Source: Thermoanaerobaculia bacterium
GTDB lineage: Bacteria; Acidobacteriota; Thermoanaerobaculia; Multivoradales; UBA5704
DNA length: 64,000 nucleotides
Assembly (NCBI GenBank): GCA_044226625.1
Contig: JBGAGQ010000011.1
Coordinates: 57,736-121,735 of the forward strand
Direction: 5' to 3'
The position numbers were made by a program, and so were the translations under genes. Positions 27,669 to 40,833 of this stretch are shown piece by piece. Within the stretch, counting starts at the first letter, position 1; every line of letters begins with the position of its first letter. The notes under the pieces were generated by a model. It did not search any database and had not been told where the DNA came from. It saw only the letters and a list, made by a program, of their open reading frames with translations.

Positions 27669-28949
27669 ATGGACAGATTCCGCATCATCGGACCGACGCG
27701 GCTCGACGGCCACGTGCGCGCGAGCGGCGCAAAGAACGCCGCCCTTCCGGCCCTCGCCGCCTCTCTCCTGACCGATCGGCCGATCCGCCTGAGCCGGGTT
27801 CCCCGGGTGCGCGACATCCGGACGATGCTACGCCTGCTCGAACATCTGGGGGTGGGCGGCAGCGAGATCGGTGAGGACGGCGAGCTGACGCTCGAGCGGC
27901 GTCACGCGGGAGGTGCGCCCGCCGTCGAGGCTCCCTACGATCTGATGAAGACCATGCGCGCCGGCGTCCTGGTGCTCGGGCCGTTGCTCGCGCGCTTCGG
28001 GCGCGCCCGCGTCTCGCTCCCCGGGGGGTGCGCGATCGGCGTACGCCCGATCGACCAGCACCTCAAGGCCCTGGAGGCGCTGGGCGCGAGGGTCCACCTC
28101 GAGCACGGCTACGTCGAGGCGAGCTGCGCGCGGTTGATCGGCACCCGGTTCCGCTTCGACATGGCGACCGTCACCGGCACGGAAAACCTCCTGATGGCGG
28201 CCTGTTTCGCGCGCGGCACGACCGTGCTCGAAAACTGCGCCCGGGAACCCGAGGTGGTCGACCTCGCGCTGTTGCTCAAGGCGATGGGCGCGAAGATCGA
28301 CGGCGAGGGGACCGAGACAATCGAGATCGAGGGGGTAACCCAGCTCGACGGGGCGGAGCACCCGGTGATCTCGGATCGGATCGAAGGGGGCACTTACCTC
28401 ATCGGCGCCGCGCTCACCGGGGGCGACGTGACGCTCGAAGACGCCGATCCGGCGGCTTTGGCGCCGCTGCTCGAGCAGCTGGAGCGGGTAGGCGCAGCGG
28501 TTGCGGAGGGTCCCGATGGCATCCGCGTACGCGCCGAGGGCGAGCTCTCGGCCGTCGACGTCGAGACCGCCCCCCATCCGGGATTCCCGACCGATCTTCA
28601 GGCACAGTACCTCGCGCTGATGACCCAGGCCGAAGGATCCGCCACGGTGCGAGAAAGCGTGTTCGAGAACCGCTTTCAACACGTCCCGGAGCTGACGCGA
28701 ATGGGCGCCGACCTGCACGTCGAGGGTCGCGACGTCCGGGTCAAGGGACCGACTCCGCTCGCCGGAGCCAACGTCATGGCGACCGACCTTCGCGCCTCGG
28801 CCTGCCTGGTCCTCGCCGGTCTGGTCGCCGACGGCGAGACGATCGTCGACCGGATCTATCACCTGGATCGCGGGTACGAGTCCATGGAAGACAAGCTCCG
28901 CGCCTTGGGCGCGCGGGTGGAGCGGATCGCGGGTCCCCCCACCCCTTGA
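27669..28949 (+). CDS. murA: UDP-N-acetylglucosamine 1-carboxyvinyltransferase
   Basis: [46 protein letters not shown]. Confidence 0.97.
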   Translation: MDRFRIIGPTRLDGHVRASGAKNAALPALAASLLTDRPIRLSRVPRVRDIRTMLRLLEHLGVGGSEIGEDGELTLERRHAGGAPAVEAPYDLMKTMRAGVLVLGPLLARFGRARVSLPGGCAIGVRPIDQHLKALEALGARVHLEHGYVEASCARLIGTRFRFDMATVTGTENLLMAACFARGTTVLENCAREPEVVDLALLLKAMGAKIDGEGTETIEIEGVTQLDGAEHPVISDRIEGGTYLIGAALTGGDVTLEDADPAALAPLLEQLERVGAAVAEGPDGIRVRAEGELSAVDVETAPHPGFPTDLQAQYLALMTQAEGSATVRESVFENRFQHVPELTRMGADLHVEGRDVRVKGPTPLAGANVMATDLRASACLVLAGLVADGETIVDRIYHLDRGYESMEDKLRALGARVERIAGPPTP

Positions 28950-29042
28950 GCTCGCGCCGGCGCCGGCCGCTCCGGCCGCTCCAAGAATTCACGGTTTGAT
29001 TTACGCCTCGGCAAACCACGGGACATCGCACGAAACGACCGC

Positions 29043-31310
29043 ATGGTGAGCTCACCTTTCGTCGTCGCGACCTTCGCCCTCGCCCTCGCCGGCGGGGGGC
29101 GCGCGCCCGATCCTCGGCCGACCCTGGTCGAGCTGGAGCGCGCCGGCCGGAACCGAGACGCGCTCGCCCTGGTGGAGCGGGAGATCGCGGCGAACCCCGA
29201 AACCGCGCGCGAGATCGGGCTGTCGTATCTTCGCGGCCATCTGTTGGAGGGGTTGGGCGACGAGCGGCGCGCCGCCGAGGCGTTCGCGGCGGCGATGGTC
29301 GAGACCCCCGCGCTCGCGAGCTACGGCCGATACCGGTTGGCTCTCGGCCAGGTGCGCGCGGGTCATCCCGAGGTGGCCGCCGGCTTGCTCGCCGCGGTGG
29401 TCAATGACAATGCCCGGTCGCCGCTCGCGGGTCGGGCCGTCCGGCTCTTCGAGCGAAGCCTGCGCAACGGCGGGGACTGCCGCCTGCTTCGCTCGGTCAC
29501 CCTGCTCGCGTTCGCTCCCCCCGAACGGCGCGCGCTCGAGCTCGCTCGGGCCGATTGCGCGTTTCGCGGCGGCGACGTCGAGCTCGGGCGCAGCCTGCTC
29601 GTCGACCTGCTCGAAGAATCGCGCATCGACGAATGGGCGTTCGCCGCCGCCGAGCGGCTCGCTGCGCTCGCGGGATCCCAGGCGGAATCGCGCGGACGGG
29701 CGGCATTGCTGTCCGGCCTGGTGCTGGCCCTCGGACGCGAATTCGACCGGGCGATCCTCGAGCTGCGGCGCGCCGCCGTCTCCACACCCCGCCGCGAACG
29801 GAGCGAAGCTGCCGCCGCCCTCGGCCGGGTGGAGCTCCAGGCAGGCCGCTACGATCCGGCGATCGCCCAGCTGGAGCTCGTCGCCCAACAGGCGACCGGC
29901 CCCTCGTCCCTCGCCCGGGCGCGCTACGACCAGGCGCGAAGCTTCGAGGCGCGCGGCCAGGCGCAGATGGCGATGAGCCGCTATCTCGCTGCGGCGGCGG
30001 CCGACCCGGACGGCGCGGTGACGGCGGCTTCCTATGCCGGGGCCCTTCGTCTCGCGGCCCGCGCGGGAGACGACGCCAACGCGAGCGCGCTCCTCTCCCG
30101 GCTCGGCGCTCGCCCAGCCTGGCGCGGCGAAGCGGCGCGCGCGGCGCTCTTCCTCGCGGCCGGCGACCTCGTCCGAGGGCGCGCCGATCGCGCCCGGGAT
30201 TGGCTCGATTTTGCGGCGTCGGGGGGAGATGCGATCGAGGTCGCCTACTGGCGCGCGCGCGCCGCGGAGCTCACGGGCAATCGGCAGGCCGCGGTCAACG
30301 GCTACCTCGGCGTGTTGCGATTGGACCCATATCACCTGCTCGCGATCGGGGCGCGTCGACGCCTCGCCGGGCCGTCAATCGCACCGACCGCGACGATCCT
30401 CGCCCAGAAGCTCACCGAGACCGGCCGGCCAGCCGACCTCACGAACGCCTGGCTCATCCTCGGCGATCTGAACCCGCTCGGACGTTCGGCGCGCGCGCGG
30501 CTGGCCAAGCTTCTCGCGAGCGACCGGCAGGTGGCGCCTTTCCTACGCCTCTCCCTGGTTCCGGTCGACCGATGGCCGATCTGGGGGGAGCCCGACGTCG
30601 GGGGCTCCGGCCGAAGCCTCGGCGCCGAACGGATGCTGCTTCGCCTCGGGATCTGGGCCGACGGAGCCGCCGCGGTCGCGACGGCGTTCGATCCCGCGAC
30701 TCCGGATCTGGCGTTCACCGCCGCCCGGGAGCTGTCGCGGGTCGGTCAGACCCGGCGCGCGATCGCGATGGCCGAGGCGATCCGCGCCCGCGCCCCGGCG
30801 CACCTTCCGGAAGCTCTCCTCCCGGCGGCCCTTCGTCGTCTGATCTACCCCTTCCCCTATGCCGATCTGCTGCGGCGGGAAGGCACGCGACGAGGCATCG
30901 ATCCGCTGCTTCTCGCCGCGACCCTGCGCGAGGAGAGCCGGTTCGATCCCGGGCAGGTGCGCGGAGCAGAACGCGGGCTCGCCGGCTCGTTTCCCTCGAC
31001 CCATTCCCGCATCGCTACGATCGCCGGCCTGCCGGAGCCCGGCGACGACGACCTCGATCGGCCCGAGGTTGCGATACCGCTCGCCTCCGCCCATCTGGCG
31101 GCCGAGCTGGCCGCCGCCGGACGCTCCACCCACCGCGCGGTGGTCGCCTTCGAAGCGGGCCCCGAAGCCGCCCGGATCTGGCAGGGGACCTGCTACACCA
31201 CCGAGCCCGAGGAGTTCTGGACGAAGGTCACCGATCCCGAGGCCCGCGAGCACCTCGCCGCCGTGATCTCCTCCTGGGCGCACTACCAGGAAATCTACGG
31301 TCAACCGTAG
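29043..31310 (+). CDS. TPR-containing soluble lytic transglycosylase-like protein
   Basis: Ala-rich helical repeats; C-terminal YPFPY...DPLLLAATLREESRFD SLT domain (later motifs degenerate). Confidence 0.75.
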   Translation: MVSSPFVVATFALALAGGGRAPDPRPTLVELERAGRNRDALALVEREIAANPETAREIGLSYLRGHLLEGLGDERRAAEAFAAAMVETPALASYGRYRLALGQVRAGHPEVAAGLLAAVVNDNARSPLAGRAVRLFERSLRNGGDCRLLRSVTLLAFAPPERRALELARADCAFRGGDVELGRSLLVDLLEESRIDEWAFAAAERLAALAGSQAESRGRAALLSGLVLALGREFDRAILELRRAAVSTPRRERSEAAAALGRVELQAGRYDPAIAQLELVAQQATGPSSLARARYDQARSFEARGQAQMAMSRYLAAAAADPDGAVTAASYAGALRLAARAGDDANASALLSRLGARPAWRGEAARAALFLAAGDLVRGRADRARDWLDFAASGGDAIEVAYWRARAAELTGNRQAAVNGYLGVLRLDPYHLLAIGARRRLAGPSIAPTATILAQKLTETGRPADLTNAWLILGDLNPLGRSARARLAKLLASDRQVAPFLRLSLVPVDRWPIWGEPDVGGSGRSLGAERMLLRLGIWADGAAAVATAFDPATPDLAFTAARELSRVGQTRRAIAMAEAIRARAPAHLPEALLPAALRRLIYPFPYADLLRREGTRRGIDPLLLAATLREESRFDPGQVRGAERGLAGSFPSTHSRIATIAGLPEPGDDDLDRPEVAIPLASAHLAAELAAAGRSTHRAVVAFEAGPEAARIWQGTCYTTEPEEFWTKVTDPEAREHLAAVISSWAHYQEIYGQP

Positions 31311-31346
31311 GTCGGCGCGAATTGACGCCCTCGGAGACGGCCCGCC

Positions 31347-32120
31347 CTATCTCGGTTTTCCAGTGATATGCAGCACGGGTGGCAGGTGGTCGACCGGCTC
31401 GTCGTAGAAGCTCTCCACGTCGGCGTTCCGGCGCAGCTCTTCCGACCAGCGCGCGAGCTCGTCGTTCAAACGCTGCTCCTTGAGGACGGTGCGGATCTCT
31501 TCGCGCACGTCGTCTAGGGGAGGCGCTTTCTCACCTCGTTTCTCGAGCTCCGGCACGAGGGTCGCGTCGTAGTAGGCGCGGATGTCGTCCAGGCTCACGA
31601 AGACGCGGGGACCGAGCCGTTCGTCGATGTAGACCAGAATGGCGATCTGACGCGCCACCAGCTGCGACAGGGCGGCGCGCGTCATCCCCAGCTCGGTAAG
31701 GCGCCGATCGAGCTCCGCCTCGTCGCGAAAGCGGGAGCGGATCTCGGCGGTCTGCTTTTCGATCTCGTCGACCGGTACCTCGACGAATCCCGCGCGGTCG
31801 ACGGCGTGAGAGCGCAGTCTCTGCTCGATCAGCTGGTCGAGCACCCGGCGCCGCAGCAGGTCGACGCTCTCGTCCGGCTTCTTTTCGACCAGGCCGAGGC
31901 CGACCACCCGGTCGATGTCGGAGCTCAGGATCGGATCTTCGTCGACCACCGCGACCACCCGATCGAGAAGCGTGGCGACCGGAGCGCCCGGTTCCCCCGC
32001 CGACCCCGCCGCCGCCACTCGGGGAAAAACCACGGCGAGAGCGAGAAGGCAGAACGCCCGAACGCAGCGAGCGAGCGGTGCGCGATCGAACCCGGCGGCC
32101 ATCGAGGGTGATGCTAGCAT
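31347..32120 (-). CDS. SurA N-terminal-domain-like periplasmic chaperone
   Basis: Signal peptide; LDRVVAVVDEDPILSSD...VLDQLIEQRL. Confidence 0.75.
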   Translation of the reverse strand: MLASPSMAAGFDRAPLARCVRAFCLLALAVVFPRVAAAGSAGEPGAPVATLLDRVVAVVDEDPILSSDIDRVVGLGLVEKKPDESVDLLRRRVLDQLIEQRLRSHAVDRAGFVEVPVDEIEKQTAEIRSRFRDEAELDRRLTELGMTRAALSQLVARQIAILVYIDERLGPRVFVSLDDIRAYYDATLVPELEKRGEKAPPLDDVREEIRTVLKEQRLNDELARWSEELRRNADVESFYDEPVDHLPPVLHITGKPR

Positions 32121-32890
32121 CCGTTCGAATGGCCCCGCCTTTTGTCCCCGAACCCGATCGGACCGAGAGCCCGGCGGCCGCCGGCCGCTTGATCCTGGTG
32201 GCGACGCCGATCGGCAATCTCGGCGACCTCTCGGCCCGCGCCCGGCAAGCGTTCGAGCGGGCGGACCTGATCGCCTGCGAGGACACGCGGGTCACCGGCC
32301 AGCTGCTCGCGCATCTCGGGATCAAAAAGCCGCTCGTCTCGCTCCACGAGCACAACGAGCGGCAACGCTTGCCGCGCCTGCTGGCCGATTTGGAGCGAGG
32401 CGCGACGATCGCCGTCGCGAGCGATGCGGGGACGCCCCTCCTGTCCGACCCCGGCTTCCTGCTGGTGCGCGAGGCGGCGGCGCGAGGCGCCACCATCGAG
32501 CCGATCCCCGGACCTTCGGCGATCCTCGCGGCGCTGGTCGCTTCGGGGCTACCGCCTTACCCGTTTACCTTCGCGGGCTTTCCGCCGTTCCGCTCGGGCA
32601 AACGGCGGACGTTCTATCGCGAGATGGGCGCGCTCGGTCACACCTTCATTCTGTTCGAGTCGCCCCACCGCCTGCTGGCTTCGCTCGACGACGCGATCGC
32701 CGAGCTTGGCGAACGGCCGGCCGCGATCGGCCGCGAGCTGACCAAGCTGCATGAAGAGGTCGTCCGCGGGCCGCTGTCCCACCTGCTCGCCGTGTTCACC
32801 GCTCGACCGAGCCTGAAGGGCGAGTTCGTGCTGGTGGTGGGTGGTACTTCCTCGAAAGCCGCCGGATCGCGACGGATCGATTCCGACGAG

Positions 32891-36148
<3,258 letters not shown>

Positions 36149-36161
36149 AGTTTCGTACCAC

Positions 36162-36251
36162 GGAGGGGTGGCTGAGCGGTCGAAAGCAGCGGTCTTGAAA
36201 ACCGCCGGGCCTGCAAGGGTCCCATGGGTTCGAATCCCATCCCCTCCGCCA
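36162..36251 (+). tRNA. tRNA-Ser (anticodon TGA)
   Basis: GGAGGGG...GCGGT-CT-TGA-AA-ACCGC, long variable arm, GGTTCGAATCC...CCCCTCCGCCA. Confidence 0.97.
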
Positions 36252-36305
36252 CAAGGAATCGAGTTCGAATCCGTATGCCACTCCCTGCCAGACTGCCGCC
36301 GCAAG

Positions 36306-36720
36306 TTAGTTATGCCAGATCGATCCTCCCGGCAGCGCTCTTCCCGCCTCCGGAAATTGAGGGTGTCGCATAGTTTGATCATAAAAGCTCACCCCTGCCG
36401 ATGCCATTGCAGAAAATGCCCGCTGCTGCTGAATCGATGGAGTCGAGAGCCAACCCTGCTGATTCGCCTCATAAGCGAGAAGCCAATGCTCCCCTATCAG
36501 TGAATCGGATTGAGCGATCAAGTCAGCCCAACGGGTCTTTGTTAAAGAACCTCGCGGAAAGAGGCCGAGGTCCGCGGCATGCATCGCTAAGCGCAACAAC
36601 GTCGTCTTCGATCGCGTCGACAAGTTGCGCTGCGTCAGTGCTCAGAGCGACATCCCATGCCAGGGCACCCCAGAGCGCCCAGGCGAATAATGCCTGCCGA
36701 CAAGCGAGATCGCTACGAGC
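36306..36720 (-). pseudogene. Frameshifted C-terminal gene remnant, resembling the tail of Abi/UG-type reverse transcriptases
   Basis: Two frames join into AWALW...DDVVAL / ...EHWLLAYEA..QGWL...GVSFYD; no RT core (YxDD) present; family call is from recall only. Confidence 0.45.
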
Positions 36721-37222
36721 CAACCACTCGCCTGACGGTCCTCATCGGCAGCACGAGGCGGTGCGAATCGGGGAGCTTCACGAAACCATGAGCAGAATAG
36801 AATGCTGCAGCGGAGTCATCCAAAGCGTCCACCACGACCATGGATGAGCCCACGGTGTCCGAGCTCGCCAGCGCTCTTCGAAGCGCGTCGACCAGGAGGA
36901 CTGAGCCGAAGCCTTGGCCGTGGCAGCGCGCGGCGACGGCAAGGCGCCCGATCAGCGTAGCGCTGACCAGGGGGTATCGCGGAATGTACTTCCTCGCGGC
37001 TTCGGGAACGTCACCCGGAAGAAGCGCGGTCGCACAGAGCGTGTAGTACCCGAGGATCGTCTCAGGCTCTGCGTTCGCAATCAGAACGAAGACCGCATTG
37101 GCGTGGCGACGCATGTCCTGACCGGCCTGATGGTGCAGGTAAAGGTCGAGGCTTTCAACTCCGCAGGTGAACTCAGCCCGCCGATGGCCGTCGCGCAGCG
37201 GGACGACCGAATCGTCAGCCAC
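36713..37222 (-). CDS. GNAT acetyltransferase toxin (TacT/AtaT-like)
   Basis: FTCGVESLDLYL, ILGYYTL, LIGRLAV...GQGFG..LL, VVDA...FY...GF. Confidence 0.92.
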   Translation of the reverse strand: MADDSVVPLRDGHRRAEFTCGVESLDLYLHHQAGQDMRRHANAVFVLIANAEPETILGYYTLCATALLPGDVPEAARKYIPRYPLVSATLIGRLAVAARCHGQGFGSVLLVDALRRALASSDTVGSSMVVVDALDDSAAAFYSAHGFVKLPDSHRLVLPMRTVRRVVGS

Positions 37223-37225
37223 CCG

Positions 37226-37534
37226 TCAAACACCGACTCGGCGCTTGTGCGCGGCGATCGCGCGCACCAACCGCTCGTTCGGCTCGGGCGGGTGGATCAG
37301 CGCATCGAAAAACGCAGCCCGGTCGTTCTCAGACAGATGGAGCCCCTCGTGCTGTGCGATCGTCCGGCGGGCAGCCTCTGAGATAGCGGTCACGCAGAAG
37401 TCGCTGATCTTGCGGCGCTCGAGTTGTGCGGCACGCTCAATCAACTCCTTGGTCTGTTCGTCGATCCGGAATCCGAGACGGTCATCTCGGGTGATCCGAA
37501 TTTTCCGATTGGTACTGTGGCTGAGCATGCCCAC
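37226..37534 (-). CDS. DUF1778 RHH antitoxin (TacA/AtaR-like)
   Basis: RLGFRI...KELIERAA...SDF...LS..D...FFDALIHPPEPNERL; directly upstream of the GNAT gene. Confidence 0.92.
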   Translation of the reverse strand: MGMLSHSTNRKIRITRDDRLGFRIDEQTKELIERAAQLERRKISDFCVTAISEAARRTIAQHEGLHLSENDRAAFFDALIHPPEPNERLVRAIAAHKRRVGV

Positions 37535-37631
37535 CCCCTAGGTCACAGAATGTACACCCAAACGGCGCACAAGTCGAGAACAGGCCGCCGCTTCATCCCC
37601 GCGACCAATAACGAAGCGTCGAGGACGGCGC

Positions 37632-37868
37632 TCACCGGCGATCCGCGTCGCGGTGAGCCATGATTTCGGCTGCGGAGAGCCTTCTTTTCGACCTCGCGTT
37701 TCCTTTCTTTACCTGAGCCAGAAGCTGTTCGATCGGTGAGCGCGAGGCTAGGCGCTCCAGCTCGGCACGCAAGAACTCGTGCGTCGACTTGCCCACAAGG
37801 GCGGCCCGGGCGGCCAACTCTTTCTTGACGGCGTCCGGAATGTCACGGATGGTGATTTGAACTCCCAC
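37632..37868 (-). CDS. FitA/VapB-like RHH antitoxin, copy 1 (toxin truncated)
   Basis: QITIRDIPDAVKKELAARAALVGKS..EFLRAEL; the stop overlaps a GTG that starts MSAVLDASLLVA (PIN-like N-terminus), which then degenerates. Confidence 0.8.
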   Translation of the reverse strand: MGVQITIRDIPDAVKKELAARAALVGKSTHEFLRAELERLASRSPIEQLLAQVKKGNARSKRRLSAAEIMAHRDADRR

Positions 37869-37924
37869 GCCATGCTCATGGGAACTCTGCGGGCAAAATA
37901 CAAGCTGCGGTACGTGCCGCGGTA

Positions 37925-38266
37925 TTGTTTCGCCCGGATGGAGATCGCGTCCCCAATCTACGCGATCTACAATCCGTACCGAAGAAACCACCGGCGCCAG
38001 GCGCCGTCGCCCAGTCGTGCGACACTCTCCTCGACGTGGAGGAGATTCTCCTCGCCGGCTATCGGCGAATGACGCCCGCCGAAAAAATGGAGCGGGTCGC
38101 GGACCTCAGCCGCGCGGTCCAACAGTTGGCGCTAGCACGGATCCGGGCGCAGTATGGCCCGAACCTCAGCGAGCGCGAGGAGCGGCTCCGTCTGGGTTCG
38201 CTATGGCTCGACCGAGAGACCATGATCAAGGTATTCGGTTGGGACCCCGAAGTCGAGGGCTACTGA
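37925..38266 (+). CDS. Small hypothetical protein (antitoxin-like; start uncertain)
   Basis: LLAGYRRMTPAEKMERVADLSRAVQQLALARIRAQYG..LSERE..LRL; recalled as a family usually paired with a nucleotidyltransferase. Confidence 0.55.
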   Translation: MFRPDGDRVPNLRDLQSVPKKPPAPGAVAQSCDTLLDVEEILLAGYRRMTPAEKMERVADLSRAVQQLALARIRAQYGPNLSEREERLRLGSLWLDRETMIKVFGWDPEVEGY

Positions 38267-38368
38267 AGTGGGCGCCCGCGGGTGTCGCGCCTTGGCCGAG
38301 GCCGGTGCTTTCTTGACTTGACTAGGTGCCCGAGGAGTAACTGGGCTGGAGGCTAACCCAGGAGAGTG

Positions 38369-38801
38369 CGAGAAAACGATAGATTTCGGCGAACTTTCTT
38401 TTTTCGCTTGCTCGCGCGAGGCCCCGCAGGAGTAGAACCGTCGAGTTTCGCCGACCTCGGCACACCGATGCGCTGTTGGTGCCCGGCCATTTGGCGCCTT
38501 GGAGAATGGGTTCGAAGGCTGAGTCCGGTGCATTCGACGACGAAACCCACGGGATGCGAGGCCGAATGCGGTGGATGCGATCGCGGAATCCAGTGGATTC
38601 GGCGGCCGAACCGAGCGCTGACTCCGGAGAACCCACAGGATTACGTGGTCGAATCGAGCGGTGAATCCGAGGAAACCACCGGATTCGACCGCCCAATCGA
38701 CTCGATTCGACCATGCGATCGAAGGCTGCATCCGCCCGATGCACCTTGTGCGACCCCGCGGACGAAGATTCTTCGCCAAAAACTATCGTTTTCTCGGACC
38801 C
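38369..38801. repeat. TIR-bounded non-coding element (MITE-like) with a 21/22-bp internal array, copy 2
   Basis: CGAGAAAACGATAGATTT at 38369-38386 and AAAAACTATCGTTTTCTCGGACCC at 38778-38801; units at 38521, 38542, 38564, 38586, 38608, 38629, 38651, 38672, 38694. Confidence 0.85.
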
Positions 38802-38850
38802 ACCTGTTTTATCGTGCCAGCCAACCCACACAGCGCCGCGAGGACGGCGC

Positions 38851-39087
38851 TCACCGGCGATCCGCGTCGCGGTGACTCAGGATCTCGCTAGCCGAGAGCC
38901 TTGTTTTCGACTTCGCTTTTCGTTTCGGGACTCGAGCTAGAAGCTTCTCGACCGACGGGCGCGAGGCGATGCGCTCCAACTCAGTTCGGAGGAACTCCTG
39001 CATCGACTTGCCTGCCAGAGCGGCTCTGGCGGCGAGCTCGTCCTTCACGGCGTCCGGAACGTCTCGGATGGTGATTTGAACGGCCAT
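38851..39087 (-). CDS. FitA/VapB-like RHH antitoxin, copy 2 (toxin deleted)
   Basis: MAVQITIRDVPDAVKDELAARAALAGKSMQEFL...HRDADRR, a close paralog of copy 1; followed only by GTGAGCGCCGTCCTC (MSAVL). Confidence 0.82.
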   Translation of the reverse strand: MAVQITIRDVPDAVKDELAARAALAGKSMQEFLRTELERIASRPSVEKLLARVPKRKAKSKTRLSASEILSHRDADRR

Positions 39088-39241
39088 ATCGCGATCATGG
39101 GGAACCTGCCCGCAAAATGGAAGTAGGGGTGGCTGGCGAGCCGCGGACCCCATCGCGGCCACTGCGATTCAGTTTCGTCGCAGCCAGGTTGACTAGGAAA
39201 CTATCTCGATGTAGTTACCTGATCAACCATCGGAGAATCCC

Positions 39242-39703
39242 ATGCCGTCGAACCAACCCGCGTCGGACCTGACCGCCCATCTTGGTTATTGGCTGCGCTA
39301 CGTCTCCAACCATGTCTCGCAAGCCTTTGCCCGCAAGGTCGAGGCGCATGGCGTGACGGTGGCGGAATGGGTGCTGATGCGCCAGCTACTGGAGGAGGAA
39401 GCCCTCGCTCCGAGCCGCTTGGCTGAGCGCATGGGCATGACACGCGGCGCCATCTCTAAGCTGGCCGACCGGTTGATCGTCAAGTCGATGCTGGTGCGGG
39501 CTGCCAATCCGGACGACGGGCGGGCACAGACGCTTTCCCTTACGTCGACTGGCCGCGCCCTGGTGCCGGAATTGGCGGCGTTGGCCGACGCCAATGACGC
39601 CGAATTCTTCGATCACCTGACGCCGGATGACCGCGCGGCGCTTCTCCAAACCCTGCAGGAAATCGTCGAGAAGCGCGGTCTCAAATCCATGCCCGTCGAT
39701 TGA
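39242..39703 (+). CDS. MarR family transcriptional regulator
   Basis: VTVAEWVLM...LAERMGMTRGAISKLADRL...DGRAQTLSLT..GR. Confidence 0.93.
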   Translation: MPSNQPASDLTAHLGYWLRYVSNHVSQAFARKVEAHGVTVAEWVLMRQLLEEEALAPSRLAERMGMTRGAISKLADRLIVKSMLVRAANPDDGRAQTLSLTSTGRALVPELAALADANDAEFFDHLTPDDRAALLQTLQEIVEKRGLKSMPVD

Positions 39704-39745
39704 GGACGGACGCCTCTCCCAATCTCACCACGAAGGAACACTGAC

Positions 39746-40172
39746 ATGACCAGAAGCTGGAAAGATGTTGCACGCACTTGCCTGGAGGGTGCGGAATCGG
39801 GTGCCATGACCTTCCCCCAGATCGTCGGCACACTGATCGAGGCCGGCTTTGACGGCTATGCCGCCGATTTGCGCCGCGCCACCACCATCTACTACCGGCC
39901 GGACGGCGAAACGGTCGAGCTGGAAGCAACGCACACCCAACCGGTCGCCGAGCACTTCGACGCGCCCAAGGTCAAGGAAGCGATCGGGCGAAGCCCAGGC
40001 CCTGATTCCTGGCTACACCTACCAAGGCTTCTGCGCCAAGGTGGCCGGGGCGGGCTGCGCCGGCTACCTGGTCTCGTTCCCGGGCAAGCGGGTGCTCTAT
40101 TACGGCCGCACCGGCGAGACGCATACCGAGTACTTCCCCGGCACCCAGCCAGCGACCCAACCATCGACTTAG
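39746..40172 (+). pseudogene. DUF1398 family protein, frameshifted
   Basis: GAMTFPQIV..L.EAGFDGY..DL in frame 1 continues as EAQ...YTYQGFC...AGCAGYLVSFPGKRVLYYGRTGETHTEYFP in another frame; shift near 39985. Confidence 0.8.
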
Positions 40173-40342
40173 GCTGGCTAATGACCACTTCCCGGGTCAG
40201 GCGGTTCGGTCTCCCGCAGAGTTATGGAGTGGGCTGGAGGGCTATGGCGTAAAGGAGTGATCCACGCTATCGGCCGTGACCCTCGGCATGATCCGCGAGC
40301 GAGGGACCGCGGCGGCCCCTCGCTGGAGCGGCATTGCCCGAC

Positions 40343-40816
40343 TCAAGCCGGCGGCCCGCCCAGCATCGTGATGCCGTGCCGCGAGCAGGCGGCGAGGACC
40401 TCTCCGATCTCAGCGTCGCTCGGCGGGCCGGCGGGAGGGGTCTCGGTTTTGCCGAGGTCGCGGAAGAAATTTTCCATCGACTTTTCGATCACCACGAGCA
40501 TGGTGGCGGGGCCGCTGCCCGCGTTCTGGTAATTGTGCGGAACGTTCGAGGGGACGGTGACGACCGTGCCCGGTCCTGCCGCGGTCATCGAGGGGGGACC
40601 ATCGGCAAAACGACCGAACGTGATCTCACCCGTCAGAACGCGAAAGATCTCCGGCGACGCGTGGAGGTGCGGAGGAGTTCCGGAACCCGGCGGAACTTCG
40701 ACCTCGGCGACGGAAAGCTCGGTTCCGTCGAGTGACCCCATGAAGCGAATCCGATCGCGAACGACCCAGAGGGCTTCGGCGTCGGCGGTGCGGGTGATGC
40801 GAATCTCGGGGTGCAT
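40343..40816 (-). CDS. Cupin domain protein
   Basis: PPGSGTPPHLH..PE.FRVLTGE and VPSNVPHNY cupin motifs. Confidence 0.88.
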   Translation of the reverse strand: MHPEIRITRTADAEALWVVRDRIRFMGSLDGTELSVAEVEVPPGSGTPPHLHASPEIFRVLTGEITFGRFADGPPSMTAAGPGTVVTVPSNVPHNYQNAGSGPATMLVVIEKSMENFFRDLGKTETPPAGPPSDAEIGEVLAACSRHGITMLGGPPA

Positions 40817-40833
40817 ACGATGTCTCTCCTTGG

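Noticed and set aside
36261-36280. GAGTTCGAATCCGTATGCC right after tRNA-Ser, resembling a tRNA T-arm or att remnant
   Set aside because: Too short, no cloverleaf, and no integrase or matching att partner found by eye.
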